The notes under the pieces: model-generated
Told to the model about the DNA's origin: nothing
What the model saw: the letters and a program-made list of their open reading frames with translations, nothing else
The model's database searches: none
In this document: positions 29,291 through 38,071 of the stretch, in pieces
Position numbering within the stretch: the first letter of the stretch is position 1
Layout of the letters: each line of letters begins with the position of its first letter
Translations under genes and position numbers: made by a program
NCBI GenBank assembly: GCA_038850615.1
Contig: JAWCLR010000001.1
Location: 16,637-80,636, forward strand
Direction of reading: 5' to 3'
Source of the DNA: Candidatus Woesearchaeota archaeon
GTDB taxonomy: Archaea > Nanobdellota > Nanobdellia > Woesearchaeales > ARS49
Length of the DNA stretch: 64,000 bases

Positions 29291-29875
29291 ATGAAGCCAA
29301 GGAAAGAGCATTACCATTTGGGTGTGGGAACAATGTTTGGATTTGGCAAAAAGAAAAAACCATCGCTTCCTGAACTTCCGCCGCCACCTTCTCCTCCTGA
29401 ATTCTCAATGCCAGAAGGAGACATTCCTGCAATAAGGCCTGCACAGGGTCCTGAAGAAGTTCCTGAGATTCCCACTGTAGAAGAGCGCGAAAAAAAGCCT
29501 GCTGAGCTTCCTGAAGCGCCGGTGCCTGAACTTCCTGAGGCGCCTGCTGTCGAAGAAATGCCAAAGCCTGAGGAAGAGCATCTTGTTCCTGAAACAATCA
29601 AGGAGCCTGAACCTGTGGAGGAAACAATTGAGGAGCTTGAGACTGTGCGTAGGCCTATCGGTCCTGCTTTTGTGGCTGTTGACGAGTACAGGGCGATAAT
29701 GGAGCACTCAAACAGGGTGCGCTCAAAGCTTGAGGAAGCAGGGGAATTTGTACGCCGCCTCTCTGAAATAAAGGCAGAGGAAGAAAAGACTTTTGAGAAG
29801 TGGCGCTCCCAGCTTGAGGAGATTGAGCGCAGGCTTGGTCAGATCGACAGATTTATTGCAAAGGCAAAAGGGTGA
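29291..29875 (+). CDS. Pro/Glu-rich protein with C-terminal coiled-coil module (paralog 1 of 3)
   Basis: 194 aa. MFGFGKKKK followed by a P/E-rich linker with PELPEAP tandem repeats. C-terminal GPAFVAVDEYRAIMEHSNRVRSKLEEA coiled-coil. Confidence 0.55.
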   Translation: MKPRKEHYHLGVGTMFGFGKKKKPSLPELPPPPSPPEFSMPEGDIPAIRPAQGPEEVPEIPTVEEREKKPAELPEAPVPELPEAPAVEEMPKPEEEHLVPETIKEPEPVEETIEELETVRRPIGPAFVAVDEYRAIMEHSNRVRSKLEEAGEFVRRLSEIKAEEEKTFEKWRSQLEEIERRLGQIDRFIAKAKG

Positions 29876-29879
29876 AAGA

Positions 29880-30110
29880 ATGGATGATTCGCGCGCACCG
29901 GTTTTTGTCAAAGTTGAGGATTACAATGCAATCTTGGAATTGCTGAACAAGGTAAAGGAGCGCCTTAAGCAGGCGCGCACTCTTCTCGCCAAAGTCAACG
30001 AGCTTAAGCAGGAGGAAGACCGGCAGATAGAGAACTGGGCAAAGGACATTGATGATGTTGAAGAAAGGCTGACTTCGATAAGCCAGTCATTTACTGAACC
30101 ACAGGCATGA
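29880..30110 (+). CDS. small coiled-coil protein (paralog 2 of 3)
   Basis: MDDSRAPVFVKVEDYNAILELLNKVKERLKQAR... shares the PxFVxV(D/E)(D/E)YxAI(L/M)E motif with paralog 1. Starts 5 nt after the stop of paralog 1. Confidence 0.5.
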   Translation: MDDSRAPVFVKVEDYNAILELLNKVKERLKQARTLLAKVNELKQEEDRQIENWAKDIDDVEERLTSISQSFTEPQA

Positions 30111-30481
30111 AAAAAAAAGACGAGAGCTTGCTTTTTGTTGCAATCAGGGAGCCTTCTTCTACCCGAAGGGACGTCCTTATGGCCACAAAGGACGTTCTAG
30201 ACGTCCTGAAAAGGTATGAGGAATACAGGGCAATTTCTGCAGAAAAGCAGAAAGTCCTTGCAGAGCTTAACCAGGTTGTTGGCAGTTTAAGGTCGCTTAA
30301 CAACCGGCTAAGAGCGAAAATGCCAAAGGCACCCATATCTCCGCAAATCAGTGTAGCGCGGGAGAAAGAGGATGAATTCATTACGGGCCCTGCGCCTGGA
30401 ATGGCGCGGCCCAAATCAAAATTAGACATTCTACAGGAAGAGCTCGAGAAAATAGAGAAGAGATTAAGTGCTTTGGAGTAA
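30107..30481 (+). CDS. small coiled-coil protein (paralog 3 of 3)
   Basis: 124 aa. Overlaps the previous stop (ATGA). LLFVAIREPSSTRRDVLMATKDVLDVLKRYEEYRAI... is a related module. Helical C-terminus. Confidence 0.5.
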   Translation: MKKKDESLLFVAIREPSSTRRDVLMATKDVLDVLKRYEEYRAISAEKQKVLAELNQVVGSLRSLNNRLRAKMPKAPISPQISVAREKEDEFITGPAPGMARPKSKLDILQEELEKIEKRLSALE

Positions 30482-30611
30482 TGCGCCGGACAGGATTCGA
30501 ACCTGCGTAGGCACTAAGCCAACAGCTCTCTCTGAGCAGCAGCAAAGAGAGCTGGTCAGCTCCGCTGACCGCTGCTTGAGGCTGTCCCGTTTTCCGCTCC
30601 GGCACCGGCGC
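30482..30611 (-). tRNA. tRNA-Leu (anticodon CAA) with a 46-nt intron at the canonical 37/38 position
   Basis: Reverse strand: GCGCCGGUGCCGGAGCGGAAAACGGG-ACAGC-CUCAAG, then intron CAGCGGUCAGCGGAGCUGACCAGCUCUCUUUGCUGCUGCUCAGAGAG, then A-GCUGU-UGGCUUAGUGCCUAC-GCAGGUUCGAAUCCUGU-CCGGCGC-A. Long variable arm. The intron folds into internal hairpins (GGUCAGC/GCUGACC; AGCUCUCU/AGAGAGCU). Confidence 0.75.
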
Positions 30612-30733
30612 GTTTGCAAATATCTGTTTTTCTGCCTTTAAAAACTTATCCTCCAAAAACTTGAATTCACCCTTCAAATGCCTTTCGTTCCCAAGAGTCC
30701 CATACAAATGTTTTTATAGTCGATGAGTCCTGC

Positions 30734-32116
30734 GTGTTCCCAGTCCCTGCTTGGGAACAAGCCGGGAATGACACTAAAATGAGCGTTGAAGTTTTTGCTG
30801 TTGGCGGTTATGGAGAAGTCGGCAGGAACATGACTGCAATAAGGATTGACGACCAGGTCGTTATTCTTGATATGGGTTTGAACATGCCCAATTACATCAA
30901 GCTTACAGAGGAGGAAATAGGCGAGATAGTGAGAATTAATGAGTCTGCACTGAAAAGGGCTGATGCAGTGCCGCAGGACAGTGCGATAAAGGGCTGGAGG
31001 CAGAACGTCGTTGCAATCATTCTTTCCCATGCGCATCTTGATCATATTGGTGCAGTGCCTTATCTTGCTTCAAAATATGATGCTCCGATAATCTGCACGC
31101 CTTTTACTGCAGAGGTTCTGAAGAGTATTTGCAAAGATGAAAATATCAGACTGCCCAACAAGATAATGCAGTTGTATCCGAATCAGCGCACAACGATTGG
31201 TGACAATCTTGTTCTTGAGTTTTGCGCAATAACGCACTCAACACCCCAGGATGTCCTCATAACTCTTCACACAAGGCACGGCACGATTGTTTATGGAAAT
31301 GACTACAAGCTTGACGACCACCCGGGGATTGGGAAAAAGCCGGATTATGAGCATTTCAAAAAACTTGGTGACAAAGGTGTGCTTCTGCTTATACAGGACT
31401 GCCTTTATGCCCCTGAGGCGAGAAAAACACCCTCAGAAGCAGTCGCAAAGGACATGCTTGATGATGTTCTGCTTGGTGTTGACAGCAGGGGAAAGGCAGT
31501 TGTTGTCACGACTTTCGCAAGCCACATTGCCAGATTAAAGGCGATTGCAGAATACGGGAAAAAGATGGGCAGAAAAGTGGTTTTTATGGGACGCTCCATC
31601 GCAAAATATTGCTGGGCTGCAGAAGCAACTGGAATCACGAGTTTTGACGGCGTTGAAATCCTGAAGTACAGGCGTCAGATTGAGAAAAAGCTTAAGGAAA
31701 TACAGGCAAGGGGGCGAGAGAAGTTCCTTATGGTGATGTCTGGGCACCAGGGAGAACCCAAGTCTGCCCTTGCAAGGATTATTCGTGGAGAACTGCATTT
31801 CAAGTTTAACCCAGGAGACCATGTTGTCTTTTCCTGCATAGTGATTCCTGCCGAAATTAATAGGAAAAACAGGGCTGAAATGGACGAACAGCTGAGGCGT
31901 CTTGGGGTGAGAATTTTTTCTGACATTCACGTTTCAGGGCACTCGAGCAGGGAGGACATAAGGGACATGATTATGATGCTTAAGCCAAGGCATTTGATAC
32001 CAACTCACGGTGAGCCTCACAGGATTGACTCGTTCATTGTCCTAGCAGAAGAAATGGGCTACGGGCGCGAAAATATCCACGGAATCGTAACAGGGCAAAG
32101 TGTGAAAATTGTCTAA
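30734..32116 (+). CDS. rnj: ribonuclease J (beta-CASP metallo-beta-lactamase RNase)
   Basis: 460 aa. HAHLDHIGAVPYL (HxHxDH). Beta-CASP motifs. C-terminal HVSGHSSREDI. Confidence 0.8.
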   Translation: MFPVPAWEQAGNDTKMSVEVFAVGGYGEVGRNMTAIRIDDQVVILDMGLNMPNYIKLTEEEIGEIVRINESALKRADAVPQDSAIKGWRQNVVAIILSHAHLDHIGAVPYLASKYDAPIICTPFTAEVLKSICKDENIRLPNKIMQLYPNQRTTIGDNLVLEFCAITHSTPQDVLITLHTRHGTIVYGNDYKLDDHPGIGKKPDYEHFKKLGDKGVLLLIQDCLYAPEARKTPSEAVAKDMLDDVLLGVDSRGKAVVVTTFASHIARLKAIAEYGKKMGRKVVFMGRSIAKYCWAAEATGITSFDGVEILKYRRQIEKKLKEIQARGREKFLMVMSGHQGEPKSALARIIRGELHFKFNPGDHVVFSCIVIPAEINRKNRAEMDEQLRRLGVRIFSDIHVSGHSSREDIRDMIMMLKPRHLIPTHGEPHRIDSFIVLAEEMGYGRENIHGIVTGQSVKIV

Positions 32117-32171
32117 AACAAAAAACTTTATATATGTTTAACCATTCTGCAGGAGTTAAGGGGGAGGAACT

Positions 32172-32918
32172 ATGAAGCTTGTTTTGGCAGACCCAACATA
32201 TCTTAAGGACAGCATTGCAGTTATTTCAGAACTTGTTAATGAGGCAAGGTTTAGGATATCGCGCGACGGGCTTGAAATGGTTGCAATGGACCCTGCAAAC
32301 GTGGCAATGGTTGTTTACAAGCTCCTTTCAAGCGCTTTCACAGAGTACGATATTCCGAAGGAAACAGAAATTGCAATAAACCTTGCAAACCTCAAGCAGG
32401 TGTTGAGGAGGGCTAAGGCAAATGACATTCTGACCCTGCAGGTGACTGATGAGAACAAGCTCCAGATTACCTTAAAGGGCGGCACGACAAGGGTATTCTC
32501 CCTGCCGATTATTGACATTGAGGAGAAGGAGCAGCGCGTTCCCTCATTGAGCTTCCCGGTAAGCGTGCAGACCGCATCGACTGTGCTTAATGAGGCGATT
32601 GAGGATGCAGACATTGTCGCGGAGTCAGTGACTTTTGCTGCAGAGCCGAGCAAGTTCTCTGTTTCTGCAGAGGGTGATTTGAGCAAGGCACATATTGAGA
32701 TTGCGCATGGCAATGACACAAAGGTCACAACCGAGAGCCCTGCAAAGGTCAAGGCAAAGTACTCTATTGAATACCTGAAGAAGATGATTCAGGCAGGCAA
32801 GCTCGCTGATACCGTCACGATCAGCTTCAACCAAGACTATCCGTTAAAGCTTGAGTACAAGGTTGTTGACAAGCTGCTGATGAGCTTTATTCTGGCGCCG
32901 AGGGTTGAGAACGACTGA
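32172..32918 (+). CDS. pcn: DNA polymerase sliding clamp PCNA
   Basis: 248 aa. [47 protein letters not shown]... Two-domain PCNA fold signature. Confidence 0.9.
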   Translation: MKLVLADPTYLKDSIAVISELVNEARFRISRDGLEMVAMDPANVAMVVYKLLSSAFTEYDIPKETEIAINLANLKQVLRRAKANDILTLQVTDENKLQITLKGGTTRVFSLPIIDIEEKEQRVPSLSFPVSVQTASTVLNEAIEDADIVAESVTFAAEPSKFSVSAEGDLSKAHIEIAHGNDTKVTTESPAKVKAKYSIEYLKKMIQAGKLADTVTISFNQDYPLKLEYKVVDKLLMSFILAPRVEND

Positions 32919-32923
32919 TAAAA

Positions 32924-33190
32924 ATGCCTTATGTCAAAAAAGAGGTCAGGAAAGCTATTGACCCTAAATTAAAGCCCGCACTTAAAATTCTGAAAAATGC
33001 TGAAATTGGTGACCTAAATTACATAATTACGCGGCTCCTGTGGAAGTATTTGCAGGAAAAAGGGATAAACTACGCCAACCTGAACAGCGCCATAGGGGTG
33101 CTTGAGTGCGCCAAGCTTGAATTGTACAGAAGGGTGGCTGCGCCTTACGAGGACAAGAAGAGGAAGCTGAATGGGGATGTGTTCAAATAA
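32924..33190 (+). CDS. hypothetical small protein immediately downstream of PCNA
   Basis: 88-aa ORF beginning 6 nt after the pcn stop. Confidence 0.45.
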   Translation: MPYVKKEVRKAIDPKLKPALKILKNAEIGDLNYIITRLLWKYLQEKGINYANLNSAIGVLECAKLELYRRVAAPYEDKKRKLNGDVFK

Positions 33191-33646
33191 TCACTTCTTT
33201 GTCCCGTAATAGAACATTTTTTGTATGTCAACGTCGCCTGGCTTCCAGTCCCCCTGCCTTGGGTGCGCGACTTTTGGTTCTGTTTTCAGCTCAACCTGCT
33301 TTTCCTTCTGCTTTGGCTGTGCTGATTGTATTTTGTTGAGGTCTTCGCGCAGTGCATTGACTTCTGTTATTAGTTGGTTCATCGCATTGCGCAAAATGTC
33401 CAGTTCGTCGGAGAACACTTTCTGCAGTTTTTCAAGCTCTATCTGGAATTGCTTTGCTGCAAGCGGATCATGAGCAGGCGCTGTTTCTACAATTACACTT
33501 TCCTGTGTTGCTTGTGCATTGTCTTTTGGTATTACTTGTATTATTTCTTGCGCCTGCGTATAAGCGTCTTGTGATGATTCTGCCATGCCGTGTTTTTTCA
33601 ATTCTGAGCTGAGCATGTTTATCCTGCGCAGTTTCTCAACATCCAT
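33191..33646 (-). CDS. hypothetical coiled-coil protein
   Basis: 151 aa. Heptad-rich central region. Third gene of a minus-strand three-gene operon. Confidence 0.45.
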   Translation of the reverse strand: MDVEKLRRINMLSSELKKHGMAESSQDAYTQAQEIIQVIPKDNAQATQESVIVETAPAHDPLAAKQFQIELEKLQKVFSDELDILRNAMNQLITEVNALREDLNKIQSAQPKQKEKQVELKTEPKVAHPRQGDWKPGDVDIQKMFYYGTKK

Positions 33647-33658
33647 GCTTATCAGTCC

Positions 33659-33931
33659 TCACTTTAGTTCAAAGTATCCGTCTTTTCCGAGCACAAACAT
33701 TTTCTTGACTGCGGGCTCTTCAATTGCCTGGGGTTCCTGCGCTGCAATTGGCGGCTTTCTTACGACTTCAACAGCTGGCAGTTTTTCCCTCTTGAACGGA
33801 ACAAGTGCAACAGCGCATGCCTCGCAGTAGTATTTTCTCCCTTCCTGCTTTGCTATGCACAGGGGGCAGAGCTTTTTGCCGCACCAGTTACACACTCCTT
33901 CAAATTCCTTCCTGTGCGTGTTGCATCTCAT
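33659..33931 (-). CDS. Cys-rich zinc-finger protein (B-box-like)
   Basis: MRCNTHRKEFEGVCNWCGKKLCPLCIAKQEGRKYYCEACA. Eight Cys/His in 40 aa. Confidence 0.45.
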   Translation of the reverse strand: MRCNTHRKEFEGVCNWCGKKLCPLCIAKQEGRKYYCEACAVALVPFKREKLPAVEVVRKPPIAAQEPQAIEEPAVKKMFVLGKDGYFELK

Positions 33932-33937
33932 TTCTTT

Positions 33938-34684
33938 TCACCCTATTTTGTGTGAAAAGTTTTCCTTTATGAACTGGACCATCATTTCATTGCTCGCGAG
34001 CCGGTATGCCTGCAATGCCATTGTGAAAAGGTTTTCCCTGAGACAGACATCGCCGAGTGCTGATAGTTTTTCCTTGTTGTTTGCGAGCTCGTATGCCTTG
34101 AGTGCGTATCCGAGCTGGTTTTCCTGCACGCATTTGTCGCCGACAAGCACGAGTTTTTCCATGTTTCTTATTGCAGTGAAGACTTCTATTGCGTGGTCCC
34201 ATTTTCCTCTTGCAAGGCAGTCCTCGCCGACTTTTGCAAGCCGTTCTGCGTTGTTTATTGCCCTGAACGCCTTGATTGCGTCTGCTAACCTGCCATCTTC
34301 GAGGCATTTGTTTCCAAGCCTCAGGAGTTTTGCGTGGTTGTCAGCAAGGTTGTAGCAGTCAACCGCGTTTCCGAACAGGCCGACTCTCTCATAGTCCTCT
34401 CCAATTTCTGTTAGCTTCATCTTGTTCCCTGCAAGGATGAATGCCTTTACTGCATCGTTGAGTTTTCCTTTTCTATGGTATTCGTCGCCAAGAACGTTCA
34501 GTACGTGCCTTCTGGTAACCTCGTTGAACATCGAGAGGTTGATGTTGTCCAATCCTTTCTCAAGCAGTGTTGGCAGGATTTTCTTGAAGTTGTCTGCGTT
34601 GGATGTTGTTTCTGACTGCCTGAGAACGTTTGTCTGATCAACAAGGTTAGAAACCACTTTTTTCATCAGCAATTCTTCGCCCAT
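33938..34684 (-). CDS. tandem-repeat helical protein (6 x approx 29-aa repeats)
   Basis: Repeats of the form (L/I/V)G(D/E)xCxxxGxxxxA(I/V)xx(F/Y)xxAxNxxKLxx six times from residue 60 onward. Confidence 0.55.
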   Translation of the reverse strand: MGEELLMKKVVSNLVDQTNVLRQSETTSNADNFKKILPTLLEKGLDNINLSMFNEVTRRHVLNVLGDEYHRKGKLNDAVKAFILAGNKMKLTEIGEDYERVGLFGNAVDCYNLADNHAKLLRLGNKCLEDGRLADAIKAFRAINNAERLAKVGEDCLARGKWDHAIEVFTAIRNMEKLVLVGDKCVQENQLGYALKAYELANNKEKLSALGDVCLRENLFTMALQAYRLASNEMMVQFIKENFSHKIG

Positions 34685-34818
34685 CTCTGCACCTCTTCTT
34701 CCCGCGCAAACTATTTCTCACTTCTTACGGGATTTTTTATCTATTATACTAATATATAAATGTTACTATTCCGTATACTAGAAATGTTTTTATACTTAAC
34801 GCCTTAAAAAAACAAAAG

Positions 34819-35250
34819 ATGAGCGAGGCAAAACAAATATTTACGGATTGGATTGTTGAATACCTGAAAAGCAAGGATGCTAACATCAAGCAGATTATTT
34901 CCATAAAAAAGAGTGAGCAAGGTGTTGACGTCGTTGTTGAGGGCGCCCTGAAAAGCCAATACATACTTGTCCAACCCGAATTCAAGGATTTGAGCATGCT
35001 TGATTCCTTCAAGGACAAACATGCAGTAATTGTGACGGCAAATACAAAAAAGAATGTTGAATTCCTTATTACGAACTGGGACGTTCTTACAAAGTATCCT
35101 CATTTGAGCATTTATTTTGTCAACCCAAATTCCGCAACAGACAAGCGCTGGATAATCTATCCAGCCACGCACGATAGGATAACAGAGCGCAGGGCTTTGA
35201 GAAAAGGCCTTGAAAGCATGTTCTTAACAGTGGAAGAATGGAAGGGATAA
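34819..35250 (+). CDS. hypothetical protein
   Basis: 143-aa ORF. A/T-rich divergent promoter region lies upstream. Confidence 0.5.
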   Translation: MSEAKQIFTDWIVEYLKSKDANIKQIISIKKSEQGVDVVVEGALKSQYILVQPEFKDLSMLDSFKDKHAVIVTANTKKNVEFLITNWDVLTKYPHLSIYFVNPNSATDKRWIIYPATHDRITERRALRKGLESMFLTVEEWKG

Positions 35251-35549
35251 TACGGCTGCCGGAAACTTGTGGGCTAGTAGTAGAAAAAGATTAATAGAAG
35301 CACAAAATTCCGCATATGGTAGGAAAATATATTATTGATGAGAGACTTGAATTTCCTAAAGGTCAACTTCAAGAATACAACTCCAATGCTACTTACTGAT
35401 GCCAGAAAAGCTCTTGAAATGCTTGGTTTTACTGTTTCGCGCAGCGGTCCCTGTTCAATACGAATTCAGGCCCAGGAAGAAGTAAAGCAATACCTTAAAA
35501 AGATCGGTACATCCAATAACAAGAATACTCACGCAATAAATCAAATCCT

Positions 35550-35622
35550 GCACCAGTGATCTAGCCTGGTAGGATACGAGCTTCCCAAGCTTGGCGCCCG
35601 GGTTCAAATCCCGGCTGGTGCA
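35550..35622 (+). tRNA. tRNA-Gly (anticodon CCC)
   Basis: GCACCAG-UG-AUCU-AGCCUGGUA-GGAU-A-CGAGC-UUCCCAA-GCUUG-GCGC-CCGGGUUCAAAUCCCGG-CUGGUGC-A. T-tract follows. Confidence 0.85.
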
Positions 35623-35657
35623 TAAGCCGGTTTTTAATAAAAAAGAGAATCTAAAAG

Positions 35658-35954
35658 CTACTCAGCCGTGCCTGTCGCTGGCGCTTCTCCTTCTTCTTCC
35701 TCGTTGTAGCTTGGCACTGCTGCCTTGCTGATTATTACTATGTCGCCGATTGCCTTCACGAGCTGGTGGGGCACAACCACGCCTTTTGCTGAACCGAGTA
35801 CTTTGCTAAGGAATGAGTTCTTTGTCGCGCGGACTCTCCAGCCATAAACCTTTGATTGTGTCAGGAGTGCTTCTTCAACGTCTCCGAAATAATCGCCGGT
35901 GTCAGTAAAGACTTTCATGTCAAATGTTTCCGAGATTTTTTTCATCTTCAGCAT
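35658..35954 (-). CDS. PRC-barrel-like small protein with acidic tail
   Basis: 98 aa. Central GWRVRATKNSFLSKVLGSAKGVVVPHQLVKAIGDIVIIS resembles PRC barrel proteins. Confidence 0.45.
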   Translation of the reverse strand: MLKMKKISETFDMKVFTDTGDYFGDVEEALLTQSKVYGWRVRATKNSFLSKVLGSAKGVVVPHQLVKAIGDIVIISKAAVPSYNEEEEGEAPATGTAE

Positions 35955-35992
35955 GATTCATCCTCCCTCTTGAGCAGTAGTGTCATTCCAGA

Positions 35993-36766
35993 GTGCAACA
36001 GCTATATAAACTTTGTGCCGGCGTAAAGAAAGGTTATTTAAATGCGCCAAAAGTCTGGAAGGATATGCGGTTCAAGAACCTGGTAATTATCGGGACATCG
36101 CACATTGCTGCTGAAAGCGTTGCAGAAGTCGCAAAGGCAATGCAGGAGGAGCAGCCCGGCATTGTTGCAATTGAGCTTGACCACAAGCGCCTGATGGCTT
36201 TATTGCATCCGCGTAATGCGAAAGCGTCATGGAAGAACATAAGGAGCATTGGCTTCAAGGGCTGGCTTTTCAGCATTATCGGCGCGTGGGTTGAGAAAAA
36301 GCTTGGTGAAAAGGTTGGGATAAAGCCAGGTGCTGAGATGTTGCAGGCGGTAAAGGCGGCAAAGGCATTGAGAATTCCCATTGCATTAGTTGACCAGGAT
36401 ATTGAAATCACGTTAAAAAGGTTCTCAGAAACATTGAGTTGGAAGGAAAAATGGCACTTGTTTGTTGACGTCATAAAAGGGCTGATTTTCAGGAGGAGTG
36501 AATTCAGTTTTGACTTGAGTACTGTGCCAAGCCAGAAATTAATAGAGAAAATGATCAGGCAGGTCAGGAAGCGTTACCCTAATATTTACAGGGTTCTTGT
36601 GACAGAAAGAAACCAGATTATGGCAAAAAATATGGCTCACCTGATGGCAAACAATCCTGACAAAAAGGTTGTTGCAATCGTCGGCGCAGGCCATGAAAAG
36701 GAGCTTCTTCGGCTTGTCAGAGCAGAACTTGTGAAATGGGGTCCTATTTTCCGAGCTGCTGAATGA
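35993..36766 (+). CDS. TraB/PrgY/GumN family protein
   Basis: NLVIIGTSHIAAESVAEVAKAMQEEQPGIVAIELDHKRL is the TraB-family N-terminal signature. True start may be the internal Met at about 36068. Confidence 0.75.
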   Translation: MQQLYKLCAGVKKGYLNAPKVWKDMRFKNLVIIGTSHIAAESVAEVAKAMQEEQPGIVAIELDHKRLMALLHPRNAKASWKNIRSIGFKGWLFSIIGAWVEKKLGEKVGIKPGAEMLQAVKAAKALRIPIALVDQDIEITLKRFSETLSWKEKWHLFVDVIKGLIFRRSEFSFDLSTVPSQKLIEKMIRQVRKRYPNIYRVLVTERNQIMAKNMAHLMANNPDKKVVAIVGAGHEKELLRLVRAELVKWGPIFRAAE

Positions 36767-36949
36767 GGCGAGGAGCAAGCGGAACGCAGTGGAGCGCAGC
36801 GACGAACTGAATTCATAGCAAGTGTCCATATGCGAGCAAAGTGAGCTGCTGGCAGGTTGCTGCTTTTGAATGAAGTTCTCGTAGCGAGTGTCTCTAGCGC
36901 TGTGCGCAATTAGCATAATTTATATACTTAATAAAAAGAAACTCACAGC

Positions 36950-37681
36950 ATGTCCTGGGCAAATTACAAGGATAAGGTCAAAAGGTATTTTCCTTTCTCA
37001 AAGACAGAGTGGCAGAACTTTGTGCTTCTCGTGCTTGTTTTTGCATTTATCCTTTTCATTTTCAAGTGGGGGACAGAGGACATGAGCACGGCAGAATGGA
37101 TGAAGAATTCGTTAATCTCAATACTAAGCGTCGCCATAGTTGTTTTTTCCCACCATTCTGCGCAGCGCCTGTACGGCATTTTTTTTGGATATAGGGTTGA
37201 GCACAGGATATGGTGGGCAGGGCTTTTCTCGGGAATAATAGCAATTATCCTGACAAGGGGCAAAATCCCTGTGCTTGCAGGAAGCGCATTCCAGCCCCAC
37301 TTCCTTGCCGTTCACAGGCTGGGTGCATGGCGTTATGGTCCAAGCGTATGGCAGATTGGGCTTGTTGCCTTCTCAGGCCCCCTTGCGTCTGTACTTGTGG
37401 GATTCCTGCTCTGGCTTGCAGCCCCTGCTTTTTTTGAGCCGCTTCTCATTTTCAGCCTGATTTTTGCATTTTACTGCCTGCTTCCTGTCCCTCCTTTGGA
37501 TGGAGTGCATGTCTTTGCGGCTTCAAGGATTTACGGTTTTGTCTTCATTTACGTAATCTTCTCAATTCTTGCATTCCTCATACTTTATTTCATTGCGGGA
37601 ATAAGCATTTTGTGGAGTGTGGGTCTAGCGTTGATAATTGGATTTTTTTGCTGGCTTGCTTATGACGCGGTGATGAAGTGA
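36950..37681 (+). CDS. M50 (site-2 protease)-like polytopic membrane protein with degenerate HExxH
   Basis: 243 aa. LPVPPLDGVHVF matches the M50 LPxxPLDGG motif. HHSAQ stands in the position where HExxH is expected. Confidence 0.5.
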   Translation: MSWANYKDKVKRYFPFSKTEWQNFVLLVLVFAFILFIFKWGTEDMSTAEWMKNSLISILSVAIVVFSHHSAQRLYGIFFGYRVEHRIWWAGLFSGIIAIILTRGKIPVLAGSAFQPHFLAVHRLGAWRYGPSVWQIGLVAFSGPLASVLVGFLLWLAAPAFFEPLLIFSLIFAFYCLLPVPPLDGVHVFAASRIYGFVFIYVIFSILAFLILYFIAGISILWSVGLALIIGFFCWLAYDAVMK

Positions 37682-38013
37682 TGGACAGGAAAGGACAATG
37701 GGAAATGTTCTGGCTTGAATACGTTGCAGGTGCTTTGCTGGTTATTGCTTTTTATCTTGCTGCAAGGGGCGCTTATGTTGGAATGGCTTATGCTGTTGCT
37801 TTCCTCATCGGCGCAATACTTGGAAGGTTCTGGTATGAGAGGATAAGGAAGCATAAGAACAAGCTTTACATAATGGTTTTAACGCTTGCAGTCCTTCTTG
37901 GCGTAATTCTCGGAAGCATTGGCACAGACAGGCGTGTTGTTGTCATTCTTTACGTCATCGGCATCCTGCTGGGTTATGTGGTTCACAAGGAGAAGTGGGT
38001 TAGAAGCACCTGA
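37678..38013 (+). CDS. small membrane protein
   Basis: 111 aa with 3 TM helices. Overlaps the previous stop by 4 nt. Confidence 0.4.
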   Translation: MMDRKGQWEMFWLEYVAGALLVIAFYLAARGAYVGMAYAVAFLIGAILGRFWYERIRKHKNKLYIMVLTLAVLLGVILGSIGTDRRVVVILYVIGILLGYVVHKEKWVRST

Positions 38014-38071
38014 ATGTGACTCCACTGGACATTCCTTGAGGGGCGCGCAAGCCTTTTAAACTGGCATTTCT

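Noticed and set aside
35335-35559. 74-aa ORF ending inside tRNA-Gly
   Set aside because: Its stop codon lies 10 nt inside the tRNA acceptor stem. Possibly a real small gene, but weak. Not annotated.
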